A DNA stretch of 64,000 nucleotides from Amphiscolops sp. MND2022 (lineage: Eukaryota), in assembly GCA_964187785.1 (NCBI GenBank), contig OZ076415.1, forward strand, positions 18,848,001-18,912,000, written 5' to 3'. Position numbers and translations under genes: made by a program. Below are positions 36,874-50,100 of this stretch, piece by piece (within the stretch, counting starts at the first letter, position 1; each line of letters starts with the position of its first letter). A model generated the notes under the pieces. It was given only the letters and a program-made list of their open reading frames with translations. It was not told the DNA's origin and did not search any database.

Positions 36874-38393
36874 CTATCAATCGAATGGTATGGTAACAAA
36901 ATTATCAAACATTTTTGCGACAAAAATCCATTATAGTTTGTTTGTAAATAGTACTTAAACAAGTCTCTGTCTAGAGTATTTCAAGTTATTGGAAATAACA
37001 CGGCATTTCAATTTTTTTCGCAGCTTTAGGATGCTGGAATCTTGACAATCGTTATGTGGAGAAATTAGTTTTTTGGAGAAACTAGTTTTTTAAAAGCGCA
37101 AATGTATATGATTTCAATTTTGAGTCGAATCAAAAGCGCTAAATGATGACAAAGGCGTGTGATTTCTAAGTGGTATTCAGACGTTTGGTTAATTGATGTG
37201 GATAGAGTTGAGGATTTGTTCTTATTGCTTCTTTTTTACCAGTTGACCCTCCAATATTTTGTCAAGATCTTGGTACAATGCTGTCATGGTCAGACCTTAT
37301 GACAACAGGAATACCACCTAAAAGAGTTCAATAGAAAAACCAAGATGATGAGAACAATCTCGCTAAGAATTGCAATCGAAAAAAAGCAGCATCAAAAATA
37401 TCACAGAATCAAAGATGAACGAATGAACAAACCGAGAACGGCCCAAGTCGGTGTCCAGCTTAAGTTTAAAAAACATCAAAGTGTTTGACATATTCAGGGG
37501 TGAGCTACTATTGAGCTACAAAATACCCGCAGGGATACCCATAGAACTCAAAAATCACTATTTAAACTGGAAACATCAGAAAACCCAATTGTTTCGAAAA
37601 TTTTAGAAAAAGTTCTTCGTCAAGCCTCATATTATAACAAAGGCGCTTTTTACAAGCCAAGAACTTCTTTTAAAAAGTCTACTCTGTAACCGAATTCATT
37701 TTTTAAAGAAAAGTCGCAAAGTGCTAAAAAAAAACTGGGAAAACCGTAGGTATCTTGCACAAGAAAACTTTCATCAGTCCTACGAGACCACAAAATAACC
37801 GAAAATGTCCCTCTCAAGAATTGGAAAACAAATTTCGCTAACCGACAATCTCAGTAAATCACAATTTGGGTGTGAAAACCTTTCACAACTTTTTTGACTT
37901 TAAATTTTTGTTCCAAGAAACTTCTTCGATAACATTTACGGTTAGGAGAAAGGCAAAAGAAGGGACTTCTCGAGAAAAGTCTCACGATGCCGAAAAAACA
38001 GTGAACTAAACTTTCAAATCTATGGTAACCAAATGTGGTATCCTGATTGAAACTGCTCGAACTAGCTACAAGATTTGTAGGTTACCAAGCTAGTCTTTCG
38101 CGATTTCATAAAATTTTCATGGAAACTTCAATGCATTAAAATATCACTGATTCAATTTAATATTATCAAGCTGTCTATAAAATGCCTCCTAAATTTCGCG
38201 GCAATTCCGAGCCACGACGTTTTGCAGGTATCATTGAGAAGCTGTTCTAACTGTGAAAGCAGCTGAGACCTCCTTAGTTTAACCGCACTTTTAATGCAAA
38301 TAAATTTCGGTCACATATTAAGCTTCAAAGTAGCGTCATTTCACGCCTGCGATTCGACTAACGGTAATTACATAAGGTGTTTACCTGAAAAAA

Positions 38394-38729
38394 TTAAGCC
38401 TGAAAACAAAGTGATCGCGATGGCGAAGATGTGGAAGGGTTTTCAGATTTAATCGAAGTAGTGAAAACTGCATTTTGATTCCACCAAATTTGTCTATGTA
38501 GACTCCTTGAATCTTTCATGTGTTGTAAGAATATAACCAATTGTTTCCATGCAGCATGTAAAAAGATCAAGCAATCTTCACCAGGGTATCCTTTGGAAGC
38601 ACCAGCGATTGCTTGGTAGTAAGATAAGAAGGCATAGGGAAATTCTGTAATGGAGCGAACCATTTTGGCTTGAACAATTATATAGCTTTTTTTACTTCCT
38701 CCAGAAATGTCGAACCAATAGAGTATGAT
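38394..38729 (-). other. Orphan exon-like open frame (111 aa), unassigned
   Basis: TTTTTAG| acceptor followed by 336 nt open to TAA: IILYWFDISGG..ITEFPYAFLSYY..IFLHAAWKQLVIFL.. No partner exon found. Confidence 0.3.
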
Positions 38730-40279
38730 CTAAAAACTACTGGAATTACATACTAAAATCTGGAGTAAGATCTAAAATCACATTAAATTTTAAATCATCT
38801 AAAATCGCTAGAAATATATCTGAAGACACTGAAATAACATCTGGAAACCACCGGAATAAAATTTTCAGTCAATTATTTTAGTTCCAAGAAACGGTATCAG
38901 AGATGACAAAATTTTAAAGTAGTACGTTCTTTTTTCCTGTCAAGTTTAACAAACTAAATAATACAGCTGACTTCATATGAAATGCAATATTCGAAAAGAA
39001 TAGTTACAACCCTTAGAAACACTCAAAATCACTTCAAGTTTGCATTACTTGGTTTTCGGAAAAGTTTCATTCCTGTGAGAAAACGGGAATTCATTTGATG
39101 TAAGGTGAAACAGCTAGTGAGAGCGTGGAAAATGAATAATTATCAATCTCTTGCAAAATCTTCTTAGATTTGAAGATAATCTCCAATATCTTGGATTTCC
39201 AAAGAATTCCAAGATTTGATATTCCGTGATTAGGAAACCATGAAAACTTCTTCTTATTTCGCTTAAACCCTTTGGAAATCCAAGATATTGGAGTCTATCT
39301 TTAAATCTTCGAAGATTTTGCAAGAGATTGATAAAATTCAATTGAATTAGTGAAATTTTAAAATGTCGTCAAGTTTCCTTGAGAGTTTTAGAAAATCATG
39401 AAAAATTAGTTTGGTATCCTTCAAAAACGCGTGAGAAGTACAAGCAGTTCCAACCAGGATAGTGTTAGAATTGAACTTTGTAATCTCACCTTGTTCAATC
39501 AGCCAACAATTTCCTTTTTGTCAAATCCCAGAAAGCAGACTCCAAGTTTATAGCAGATAAAAACAAGTAAATAATTCTTGCAACTAGAATGAATCCAAGA
39601 GATATCAAAATTTTCGGCTTTAAGGCTTTAACAGGTTTAGAGAAACATACAACAGAGCAAAGATGTCTGAAGATCTTAATCTTAACATTGAATCAGTCAA
39701 AATCATTTGATAGTTCACTGAAAAAAAAATGAGCTGACTTATAGAGAACGTTTTCTTCATGTCAGCTTTTTGTGGAATTTAAAATGGTAAAAAACTTCAA
39801 ATCATTAAAAGATATGATCGGTTTTATGAGCGATCGAATTGAACGGTTACCTTCATTACTGGATATTTTTTTAAAAGTTTTCACAAGAATTTTTCGTTGT
39901 ACAATTGCTACGACTTCTCGCTGAAAAAAAACGTTTGAAATCTTTGCAACTATCTGCTACAGATCTATTGGACATCTACTGAGTCTCACTGGAGTATTTA
40001 AAACAACAATTCACTTATTGTGTGAAACCAGACACACTAATTCCATGACTCACAACTCACAGCAGTATTCATGAAAACATATTCATGCAAAAATTTCTGG
40101 AATTTCTCAAGAGGAAAACAATACTCCAGAGAACAATGAGACGTGTCTGCTTATGCGTGTACGCTGTTTGTAGGTGTAAAATCGATGTCAACACTTATGT
40201 CTGGGGGTAGACGTTCGTATAACTGAACGAGTTTTAAGAAGTACGAATGTAAAGCCGATCTTAATTCTGATTCAAAGAC

Positions 40280-41001
40280 TGTAACGTCCAGCAAAAGTCG
40301 TTATATCAATTTTTGAAAATTTCGTTCAAATTCAAAAAGTGTGCGATATCAAATAAGAGCATTCAAAATGGCCGACCTAGCAGGTCCCCAAAAAAGGACA
40401 AAAAAGAGCCGAAAAAAGCCCGAGAACCCCGAAAAAACCCTCGAAATCCCAGAGGACAGTGCCAGAGACCCCAGAAGAACTGAGAACTGCCACAAAAACG
40501 CGGTTTTGTGCCATCTATCCCAGAAAATGACCCAGAAGAAAGAAGTATCTTTTCGAAGGTTGCCCAAAGAACCCTGAAGACTGGATACAAACCCCGAATG
40601 TGATAAATTCAGTTTATTTAGATGTTTTTGATGTTGTTTAGCAGATTTGCGATGATACTGGATCTACTAGATCCCTATTTTGGTGGATTTAGAACTTATT
40701 CCCCCAATAAAATGTGTTTCAGCTAGACCCTGTTTTTGGACCTCGGAGGTATGTAGGAACACGCAGGAACATTAGGAATTGTTTTTACAGGCTTGTGGGA
40801 CGTGTCCGGACTTGGAGCGTGCCGGCATGTCGCCACGGAGCTCTAATATGAGGAGTCTCCACGGCGTTTTGGAAAAGTCCCTACTGAGACCATTTTGGGA
40901 CTAAAAACTGATGTTTAGGTTGTAGTAAGGCACTGGTCTCTTGTTCAAGCAACCTGGGCATTGTCCCAGTTCTAGAATGTAGCTGTTAGCTTGACGTTAC
41001 A
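40280..41001 (+). repeat. 5' LTR
   Basis: TGTAACGTC...GACGTTACA (9-bp terminal inverted repeat); no difference from 54312-55033 seen by eye; AATAAA near 40706. Confidence 0.98.
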
Positions 41002-41017
41002 TCTAGGATAGTTTTTA

Positions 41018-41035
41018 TGGCGCCCCACAAGGGAC
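41018..41035 (+). other. Primer-binding site, tRNA-Lys(UUU)-like
   Basis: TGGCGCCCCACAAGGGAC matches the Lys3-type PBS TGGCGCCCGAACAGGGAC at 15 of 18 positions. Confidence 0.7.
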
Positions 41036-44000
41036 ATTTTCCATCTTTTCGCCATAATTAGGAGTTTTTCCTGCTTTCCGGCCCTGTTAGGTCCGGACCT
41101 AGGAAATTTGCTGGTGAGTCCTAGATTGTTTTTATTGCCTTATTCTAGCCCTGTGGGCCTTGTACTAGTGTTTTTCCTGCGTTTCCTGCGTATTTCCGAG
41201 GTCTGGAACCGAAAATCGACGATTTCAGACGGTGTACCCCTTGTATTTTGAGAATACCTATTGAAAAAGTGAATCCGGCCTATCCGGAACTGGTTTTAAA
41301 GGGTTTTGTAGCTCTATTTCAGTAAATTGGCAATGTATGGGGACCAGGAGGACGGTTCGTGAAGACCCCAGCTAGCTGAGTGACAGACGTCAGGTACTTC
41401 ACGTCATAGCCTCTACCTCCCTCCCTGCTGCCGATTCTACGACGATAGCTGGGTTATTTCGTTCCCCTTGTATTTAGCAGCCCAAACAGCATTTTCCCAG
41501 GCCTATTCCCACATAAACTAACTGAGAAAAATACCCAGCGGGTGTTCGGACCGGTTTTTAAAAAATTTGAGTGCGAAAACCTTGAAAATAACACTCTATA
41601 TAGCTCAAATATCGATTTTACAGTTTTAAAAAGTCAAAATTTTGTAGAACTGTGTACGGCCAGTGGGAATACAATAAAAACGTTCCATCAGACCTGTTAG
41701 GTCAGGAACAGAAAAATTTGCTAGGCTAAATTACTGAAACACCGAAAAATTTAGCGATTTTGTTGAAGAAACATCAATTTTGGCCTAGAAGACCAAAATT
41801 GGTGAGGGCGAAGCCTTGGGCGCTTGTTCCCAAGCTTTTAGACCGCCCCAAAAACGTTGTTCCCGAGCTTGGTGGTACGAGACATTACTGCCAAGACAAT
41901 TTTTAGCAGCCCCCAATATAAATTGAAACTTTAACCCCTGATTTTCTTTTGTTATACATAGACCTGAGTAGAGGACCCCATAGACCTGAGAGTTATAACA
42001 TCAAAACTAATAATTGAAACAATCCCAATCCCCTGAATAAAGTTATTACGCCTTACTACATTACGTTTAGAACTATTCTGAACCTCTGGGAACCGAAGAA
42101 TAAAAAGTTCCTAGGGAAAATACGTGTTTTTCATAGGTGTTCCCAGAGTGTCCAAGGTGTAACCTAAAATCAATTTTGAGAGACCTTATTTGGAACCTGC
42201 CAGGTTTCGCTCGCCTATTTTCTGTTAGTAGAGAGTACTAGATTACTAACGCCGAAAACCGCGAGTGATTCCAACCAGTGGTTGTTGAGAAATAGCCCAA
42301 AACGTGCTATTTTTGCGACATTTTCGGAACACTGGAGTAGTGTGCCCAAGACAGGTCGAAATCTCTCCTAGCAGGAGTAGCCCAAAACGGATTGCACCAT
42401 CGTGTAGACCGCAAAAAGTTACGTTTGTGGTGTAATTTTCGTAGCGCTACCATTACTAGTGATTGAGAAATCTTAGCCGCAGTTTTGCTCGAAAATCGTA
42501 TGAAAATGTCGAAAAAACCGAATTTTAGTTGAGCATAGTGCAATACCTTGCAGGTATCCCAGCACTAAAATTCTTGCATTTTCGTATATACGGCGCTAGA
42601 TCCCGACGATTTGTGCATTTTGAGCAGCTTGCTACTGTCCAACTTGGAGAAATTGACAATTTTGTGAATTTTGACCCCTGAAAGTGACATATAGGGTACA
42701 TAATAGTTTAGTCAACTCGGATTGCCAAATATCGACCTGGGAACCCCGCTATATTGTTTTTCTATTACGTGGGCATAATTCACGCTCGCATACAAAATTT
42801 CAAGTAGCTAGGAAGCCTGGAAGGCGAGTTTGACAGACTTGTGTGAATTTCGCAACATAGTCGATTTTTCAAGTAACATTGGTGAGCGACCCTGAGTCAC
42901 GAGGAAACAATTTTGGCGCAATCAGCGGTTAGTTTCCCACGATTTAGCCACTGTAGTATGCCGTGTTAAATTTTCAGGTCGCTATTAGCTCTAGAAGTGA
43001 TTTTCACCATCCCCAGGCGTGCATATTGGCGAAAAAGTTGCTGATTTTGAGAATTTTTGCGAAAAATTACGTATTTTTCGTAGGTATAGTCGCAAGTGAG
43101 TGCTCCAACGACCCTAGTTCTACACCAGGCACCCATAGCACGTCTTGTTGAGGCAATCAGTACAGAGCTAGCTCAACCCTAAGATCTTGGGTTCGTGGAA
43201 AAATTGTCTACGAGACTTAGAAGTGAAAAACCACAAAATCGTGTTTTCTCTACCAACAGCCACCAGAGTCACCTAAGTGCGAACTGATAGTTATTGCCGC
43301 GCACACTTCGAATGCGAAACAGTATAAGAATCAGAACGCATTTAGGAGTTTCCCACGAGACTTAGACTTAGGACGCGCTGCGTCTCGCCAAAGTACATTA
43401 AGTACAGTAGCATCTGAAAGTGTGAAGAACCGTGTCTCCATTGATCTTGTAATCATCAGATTAGTAAAACTCTCTTGTTTGTTAGCCTCCCAGCACCTAC
43501 TCACCCTCAAGGTCTATTCCCTGAGTTCCCTTTTTGTAGTAACCCTACTTGTGCTCTCCTCATAAAGGGCAGTGCGAGTGACATAGAGTGCGCTCACAGA
43601 ATAAAGTGCGGAGATTTCTTGAATAAATCTCCATAAAGCTCTGTTAGCGTGCCAAAATCTTTCTGTTCATTCCAACCGCATAGCCTGTGGCTGGATAAAG
43701 CGTAGTTTAGTGTGAGTAACCTCTAATAGTACTTCAAAAAAAAAAACAAAAAAAAACTTAAAAGGCTTAACTTTAACTTTTCGTAGGATAACTATCTCCA
43801 GTTAGTGGGGAAGCAAACCTTTCTGTTCTAATTAGTGCATGTAATCTGGAGTCTGAGGTTTGTGAAGGCCAACTATTTTCGATTTAGAATCTAGAAAGCA
43901 ACCACGAGCTGCGAGCTCCAGAACGTAGTGGTCCCATAGTTTAGTTTAAATAATAGTTAGGGAGTACATCGAAAACTTCCTATTTTTGTTTGTCTTGCGT

Positions 44001-44104
44001 TTGACTTTGCACAAAGAGAGATAGAGTGAGTAATAAAAAAAGCCAAAGCCCTGTTCAAAAGCTGGGTTACCAGAGGAAACAGTAGTCAGAGCAGTCCATC
44101 GAGC

Positions 44105-47100
44105 ATGAAATCAGGCGAGATTGAGTATCTGAAGTCTTTGAATGAGTCGAACAGGCAGTCTAGTGGCTTCCATGCTACGAATCCATTTGCAAGCGATGTA
44201 GAGGAGTTATCTAGGCTTAGTGCACGTGCTGAGATAGCAGCGGATGACATGATTGCAAACATGTTTTTATACGACGTCATGTCGGATAATGTGTCCATCG
44301 CTGATCAAAACTCGCAAATGGCATACTTCAGCCAACTAAACCACTCTCGGGCATCTTCCGATAGCGCTAACTTTGTAAATGGCACTGCCATGAACTGTGG
44401 TAACGTCTGGCCTCCCATGAACAACTCTGCGATTGATTGGGGAGATTGGCCAAATTCGAATGGAGAACAAGCTAAAAGCTCGGACATCAGTAAATGGGTA
44501 GAGAACATGAATGCAGGCACGGCCTTCGGAGAGATTACACCACAAATGAGTCTGGATGTGGACCCGCTGGGTTCCGGAGTTCCTGTGTTTGCTGCTAGTA
44601 GAAACGCCGTTGCTAACAAGACGGAAGGGTACATCAATCAGGACAAAACGGAAACCTCAATCACATCAGTCAAGAGTTTAACTGAAAAGCTCATATCGGA
44701 AATGACTGCGATAATGGCGCAAAGAGATCAACAAGCCGATGAACGACTGACGCTCATTTCCGAAACTATGCATCGCAGAGACTTAGATGTCGACAAGCGC
44801 ATGGTGGACCTCATGACTACAGTTCAAGAGTTGACCCTAGGGGTAAAAGCTGTAGTGGCGACGGTACCAAGTCGTCCTTCACCTGTGCCGGTGGCACTAA
44901 ATCCTGCGAACGCACCATCTGATAATGCATCTTCAATTCAGCAACCCACCAATAGAGAAATAGTTCAGCGCCAGAGCAGGACGAAGCTCGACCAAAGAAA
45001 CTTGAATCCAGAGACAGTAGAAGAGGCTGCAAAAGGCAATACACCGAACACGATACATGGGCAAACGTTAGCCGAAGCGATAACAACCGCGATGTCCAAA
45101 GGTTTGGAACCATTGCTAGCAGCAAAAGAAGCCAAAAATACACCAACCAAATACCGCGGTACGCGCGACGGGATAATAGATGGTTGGCTAATGCTCATGA
45201 AACGTTATTTGGAGAAAGCACACGCAAAGGATACTCCACTGGACAGAGCATGGACCATCGTTGAATTCCTAGAGAATGAGGCACAAGACTACATCATGAA
45301 CAAATCCGAGGCTGAGCGCGACACGGATGAAAAAGTCTTTGCGCTACTAGCGCGTCGATTTGGAACCGGATCTAGTAAGTTCCAAATACAACAGCAGTTC
45401 CGTACACGCAATCAGTCCGACAACGAAGACTATATGCAATATCTTGACGCTCTTGAAGGTTTGCGCAGCCAAGGTTTTCCTAACGAGGACGTTACTGTAA
45501 GGCGTTACGAAATCATGCAGAGGTTCATTGAAGGGGTACGCAGCTTTGAGTTGAAGCGAAACCTCGCACTCATGTACGCACAAGAACAGTACGTGGATAC
45601 ACCTCCAACAGTGGAAGCACTACGGTTCACGGTACAACAATACTTGCATATGCGCGGCCCCATCCGCTCTGAGAACTATCCAGCGCCTCAGCAACACCAA
45701 GAGCCGTTACTTGCTAGCCACCAAAACCCGATACTAGCAGCGGCTCCTCAAGCGCCTAATTGGCAGCTACCTCCACAGCCAGTGGCTGTTCGACAGCAAC
45801 CACCGAAGCCATCTAGAGCGTGTGTCAATTGTGGCGACCCGTCACATTTTGTTGCCGATTGCACTTTGAAAGATCGCGCACACAAACCAGTGCCTCAACT
45901 AGTTACTTCATGTCGAACAAACCCAGCTGGTGAATGGTCTTGTCCTTCTAACTCTCAGGGCATGAATAACGACGTTGTGCCTGCGGCACTACCAGCACAA
46001 GCACCGCCCACACTACGCGTCACTTTTGATTGCACGGGCAACACTGCATCCGAATGCATGGTGCCTGGGAATGCAACAACAGAAGAACAAGTGAAAGCGG
46101 CGTGGTACGCCCCTGTCGCGAATTCCGCGGATATTATTGATACTGATGATCAAATTCGGGTGATCTCAATTTCAGAAGAAGGAGGCCCCTCACGTCCTGT
46201 GGTTGTGACTTGCGGTGAAAAACAAATCTTGACGACGCTTGAAGCCCCAGCACCTGATTGTACTGAGACTTTAATTTCTATCCACTTGCTATTATCAGCA
46301 GAACAAAAAGCACGTCCAAACCTCACGTTGGCACAACTAAAAGAGGAACTTTGCCGCAATACCAGTCTCACGATAACTTCGAGACCCTTACCGCATTTTA
46401 CTAGAGATGACGAGACCAAGCTAGCCCAAATACACAAGGTCAAAACAATCGCGCCAGTCCCCATTGCAATCACGGTTGATGGTGTTGACATGAAATTCGA
46501 TGCAATTGTTGTCCTGGAAGGACACTTTCCACAAGGCCTGTATTTGGGCACGCAAGAACTGCGCTGTTATAACATCGGAGTGCAAGATGCACAAGGAGAG
46601 GCCCAGATTGATGAGCGAGCCTCGCTAGTCGTTGCATTCGGAACTACTTTGCAAAAGCCGATACCACTCTTCGGGATGATAGACACCGGTTCGGGAGTCT
46701 CCATCCTCTCATTGAGCGCGTACAAGAAAATTGCACCCCAGCATGAACTGAACCTGTCACCGTACGATCTTGAACTCTTCGCTGCCAATGGCAAGACCAT
46801 CACCACCGTTGGAATAGCCGAAGACGTAAGCTTTCAGCTTGGTGGACATACTCTGAAGACCAACTTTGTAGTCATAGCCGATCACATTGGTTCAGAGGAT
46901 TTTCTCCTGGGTCGGAACTTCTTGCGCACATACAACGTGTTGGTGGACCTGGCTGCCATGAAAGTAACCATCCGAAACCCGAAAACGCCTAGGATCTTCA
47001 AAGCAGTTCATGAAGTCAGTGACCAAGAGCCATCGTTTGTTGTTTCTGCCGAAGAGGTTACTTTGGGGCCTTTCGAACGAAAAGTTGTGCGCGCGAAGAT

Positions 47101-50100
47101 CATAACGCAGCAGCCCAACGAGTTTCATTTTCGTAACGTAATGGTGCACCCATGTAGCATTAGGTCCAACTCATTGTTTGATTCAGAAGATACACTTACT
47201 TCCGTGGGAGAAGACGGTGTAGTTTTCTTAGCCCTAAGAAACCAAACTGCTAAAGAAGGGGTAAGAATCAAGGAACAAACCGTAGTTGGGAAAGCGGTGC
47301 TCACCAATTTTGTGTTCAACTCAGTTCCCATTCAAGACAGTCGTGAAGCTTCAAAGCTTTCAGCCGAATTTGTGAATCAAGTGCACAGAGACTTAGATTT
47401 GGACACGAGTTCAGAGTTTAGTTCCTTTGCACAGAACTTTTTGTCTTCAACTGAGCTGTCAGAGATGGGCCTATCGGAAAATGAAAAACGCAAAAGGACA
47501 GATCCACTATTGCTGAAGCCGATCCCAGGCCCCGACCTCTCTTCCGTCCTTTCTTCTTGGGGGGAAGGGGCGAGAGACAAATTAGCGAGCGTTTTGAGTG
47601 AATACGATGACCTGTTCATGAAAAATAAATCCGACATAGGACGATGCAAAATTGCGAAACATCGCATAGAGCTAGAGCCGGAGGCTATACCACACAGAGA
47701 AGGGGCAAGGCGCATGTCTCCCGACAAAGCAGCCAAAGCAAACCAAGAAGTGCAGAATTTGTTAGCTCTAGGTTTGATTCAACCCTCTTACTCGCCGTGG
47801 GCTAGTGGGATTGTCATGGTGAAAAAGAAATCAGGCGAGCTTCGCTTTTGCTGTGACTTCCGCCCGCTGAACGATGTAACAGTGAAAGACGCGTTCCCAC
47901 TGCCCAGGATTGATGAAAGTCTTTCAAGGATCGCGAATGCAAAAATCTTCACGAGCATCGACTTAGCGTGGGCCTTTTGGCAGATTCCACTGAAGAAACG
48001 TGACCGCAGAAAGACCGCGTTCGCGTGTGAACTTGGACTGTTCGAATGGCGACGAATGCCCTTTGGGCTTTGCAATGCATCGGCCACATTTCAGCGGTCG
48101 ATCACGAGAGCTCTTCAGAAGATTCAACAACGCCATGGAAGTGTTGTCATGGCATACATTGACGACATAGTAATTGCCACCGAAACAATTGAAGATCATT
48201 TGGAGAGGATCAGAGAAGTGTTCGAGTGTCTCAGAGAGGCAGGTTTCAAGATGCGAGCCGAGAAGTGTGATTTCATGCGCACTGAAACCAAATACCTCGG
48301 ACGGGTAGTCTCAGCCGAAGGCATAAAACCAGACCCGGCAGCTGTTAGCAAAATCCAAGAATGGATGCCCCCGAGAAATAAAGAAGAACTTCAAAGCTTC
48401 CTCGGATTTGCGAACTATTACCGGGACTTTATCCCTTTTCACGCTGCTAAGGTGCAACCTATGCAGAAGTTGTTAAGGAAGAACCAACACTTCTACTGGA
48501 AAGAAAAACATCAAGAAGCGTTTGACTCAGTGAAACAGGCATTAGCCGATGCCACAGCTTTGGCAGCGCCAAACGAAGAAGGACGTTTTGTTTTGGACAC
48601 AGATGCCAGTGCAGTTGCTATAGCCGGCATACTGCACCAAGAACAAGAGTACAATGGGAAGACCATTCTTCGTCCCATCGTTTATGGTAGCAAGTCACTG
48701 ACTCGAACACAAATGAATTATGGTGCCCCGAAGCTGGAAATGTATGCAGTATTCTATTTCATCGAGAAGTTTCATTCCTACCTTGCAGGTCGGGAATTCA
48801 CGCTGCGCGTGGACAACCAGGCTCTCTCGTGGCTGAAGACATATTCAATGGATCAGGCCATGATTGGACGCTGGATTGCGCGCCTCGACCAATATCACTT
48901 CAAGACGATCCACAGACCACGCACGCAACACCGAAATGCAGACGGTCTTAGCAAAAGGACCAATGACTACGTGCATCGGGAGAAGATTGTGGAAGCTCTA
49001 CCAGAAGTGAGCAAGGGATTCAGCTTCATGTCCCAGAAAGACTACGAAGAACTCCCCACTGTGCCATATATCGACAAACATGGAAAATTCATCCCAAACC
49101 ATCCAGAGCTTCCACCCGAAGCTCGAGCACAACTCCCCGTGCTGTATATTTTAAAGAAGCCACCAAAGGAGGATCTAACCTCAGATCAGTCTTTGAGCTC
49201 CATACCGTGGTATCCACAGGTGCAATGGGAAAACACTCCGACATCAACCGAAAACGACAGACCAAATTGTATCCTTAGTGTAACAACCAAAGTGCCAGCG
49301 GCACGTCTCGACACCACCAAACGCGACCCAGCGTTGCGTAGATTGCCAATGCAGTGTCAAGAACAAGCTGATGTCCTTAGGCTAGTTGGGACTGAGCTTC
49401 ACGAGCATCAGTCGACAATACGTGGATTGAAGGATCTACATCTAGCTCAAAACAGGGATGTTCATCTTCTAGCGCTGAAAAAGCTCATGAAGAACGAGCC
49501 ATTGGATGACGCTTTGTTCCCCGAGGATGTGCAAGACTTTGCCAAACGGTACTTCCATCAGAAAAAAGACCTACTGTTCTTGAACCAAAATGACATTTTA
49601 TGTGTCAATTACATTCCGCAGCAACGCGCGATGCACGTACGACCGTGTATGATTGTCATGCCCCAGCTCTACCAGCATGAAATCTTGTACCGAGCGCATG
49701 ATGAATCAGGACACCAAGGCGTTGGCAAAGTATTGGCGAGGATACAAGAGCGCCACACTTGGCCAGGCATCAAGCGTGATGTCGTCAATCATATTAAGCA
49801 TTGCTTAACATGCCAACAGACGAAGCATCCCGCTGGGAATCCCTGTTACCCCCTACAGAGTATTAACAGCAGCAATTTTAATGACCTGGTGCAATTTGAC
49901 CATTTGAAATTGTGCAAGACAACGTCAGGAAATAATGGATTGCTAGTCATCATCGACCATTTCACCAAATTTGCAGAGGCAATCCCATGTGCACATGATG
50001 AATACGACGCCCAGACGACTGCAAAGATTATCCTGAACAAATGGTTTGCGAGACATGGCACTCCTGCCAGGATGCAGTCAGATAATGCCACCAACTTCAC

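Noticed and set aside
39489-39560. Coding exon ending at AAG|GTGAGA upstream of the orphan frame
   Set aside because: All three frames contain stops shortly before the donor.
40341-40590. Short ORFs in the LTRs (also 54373-54622)
   Set aside because: They overlap on both strands in low-complexity sequence; their identity only reflects LTR duplication.
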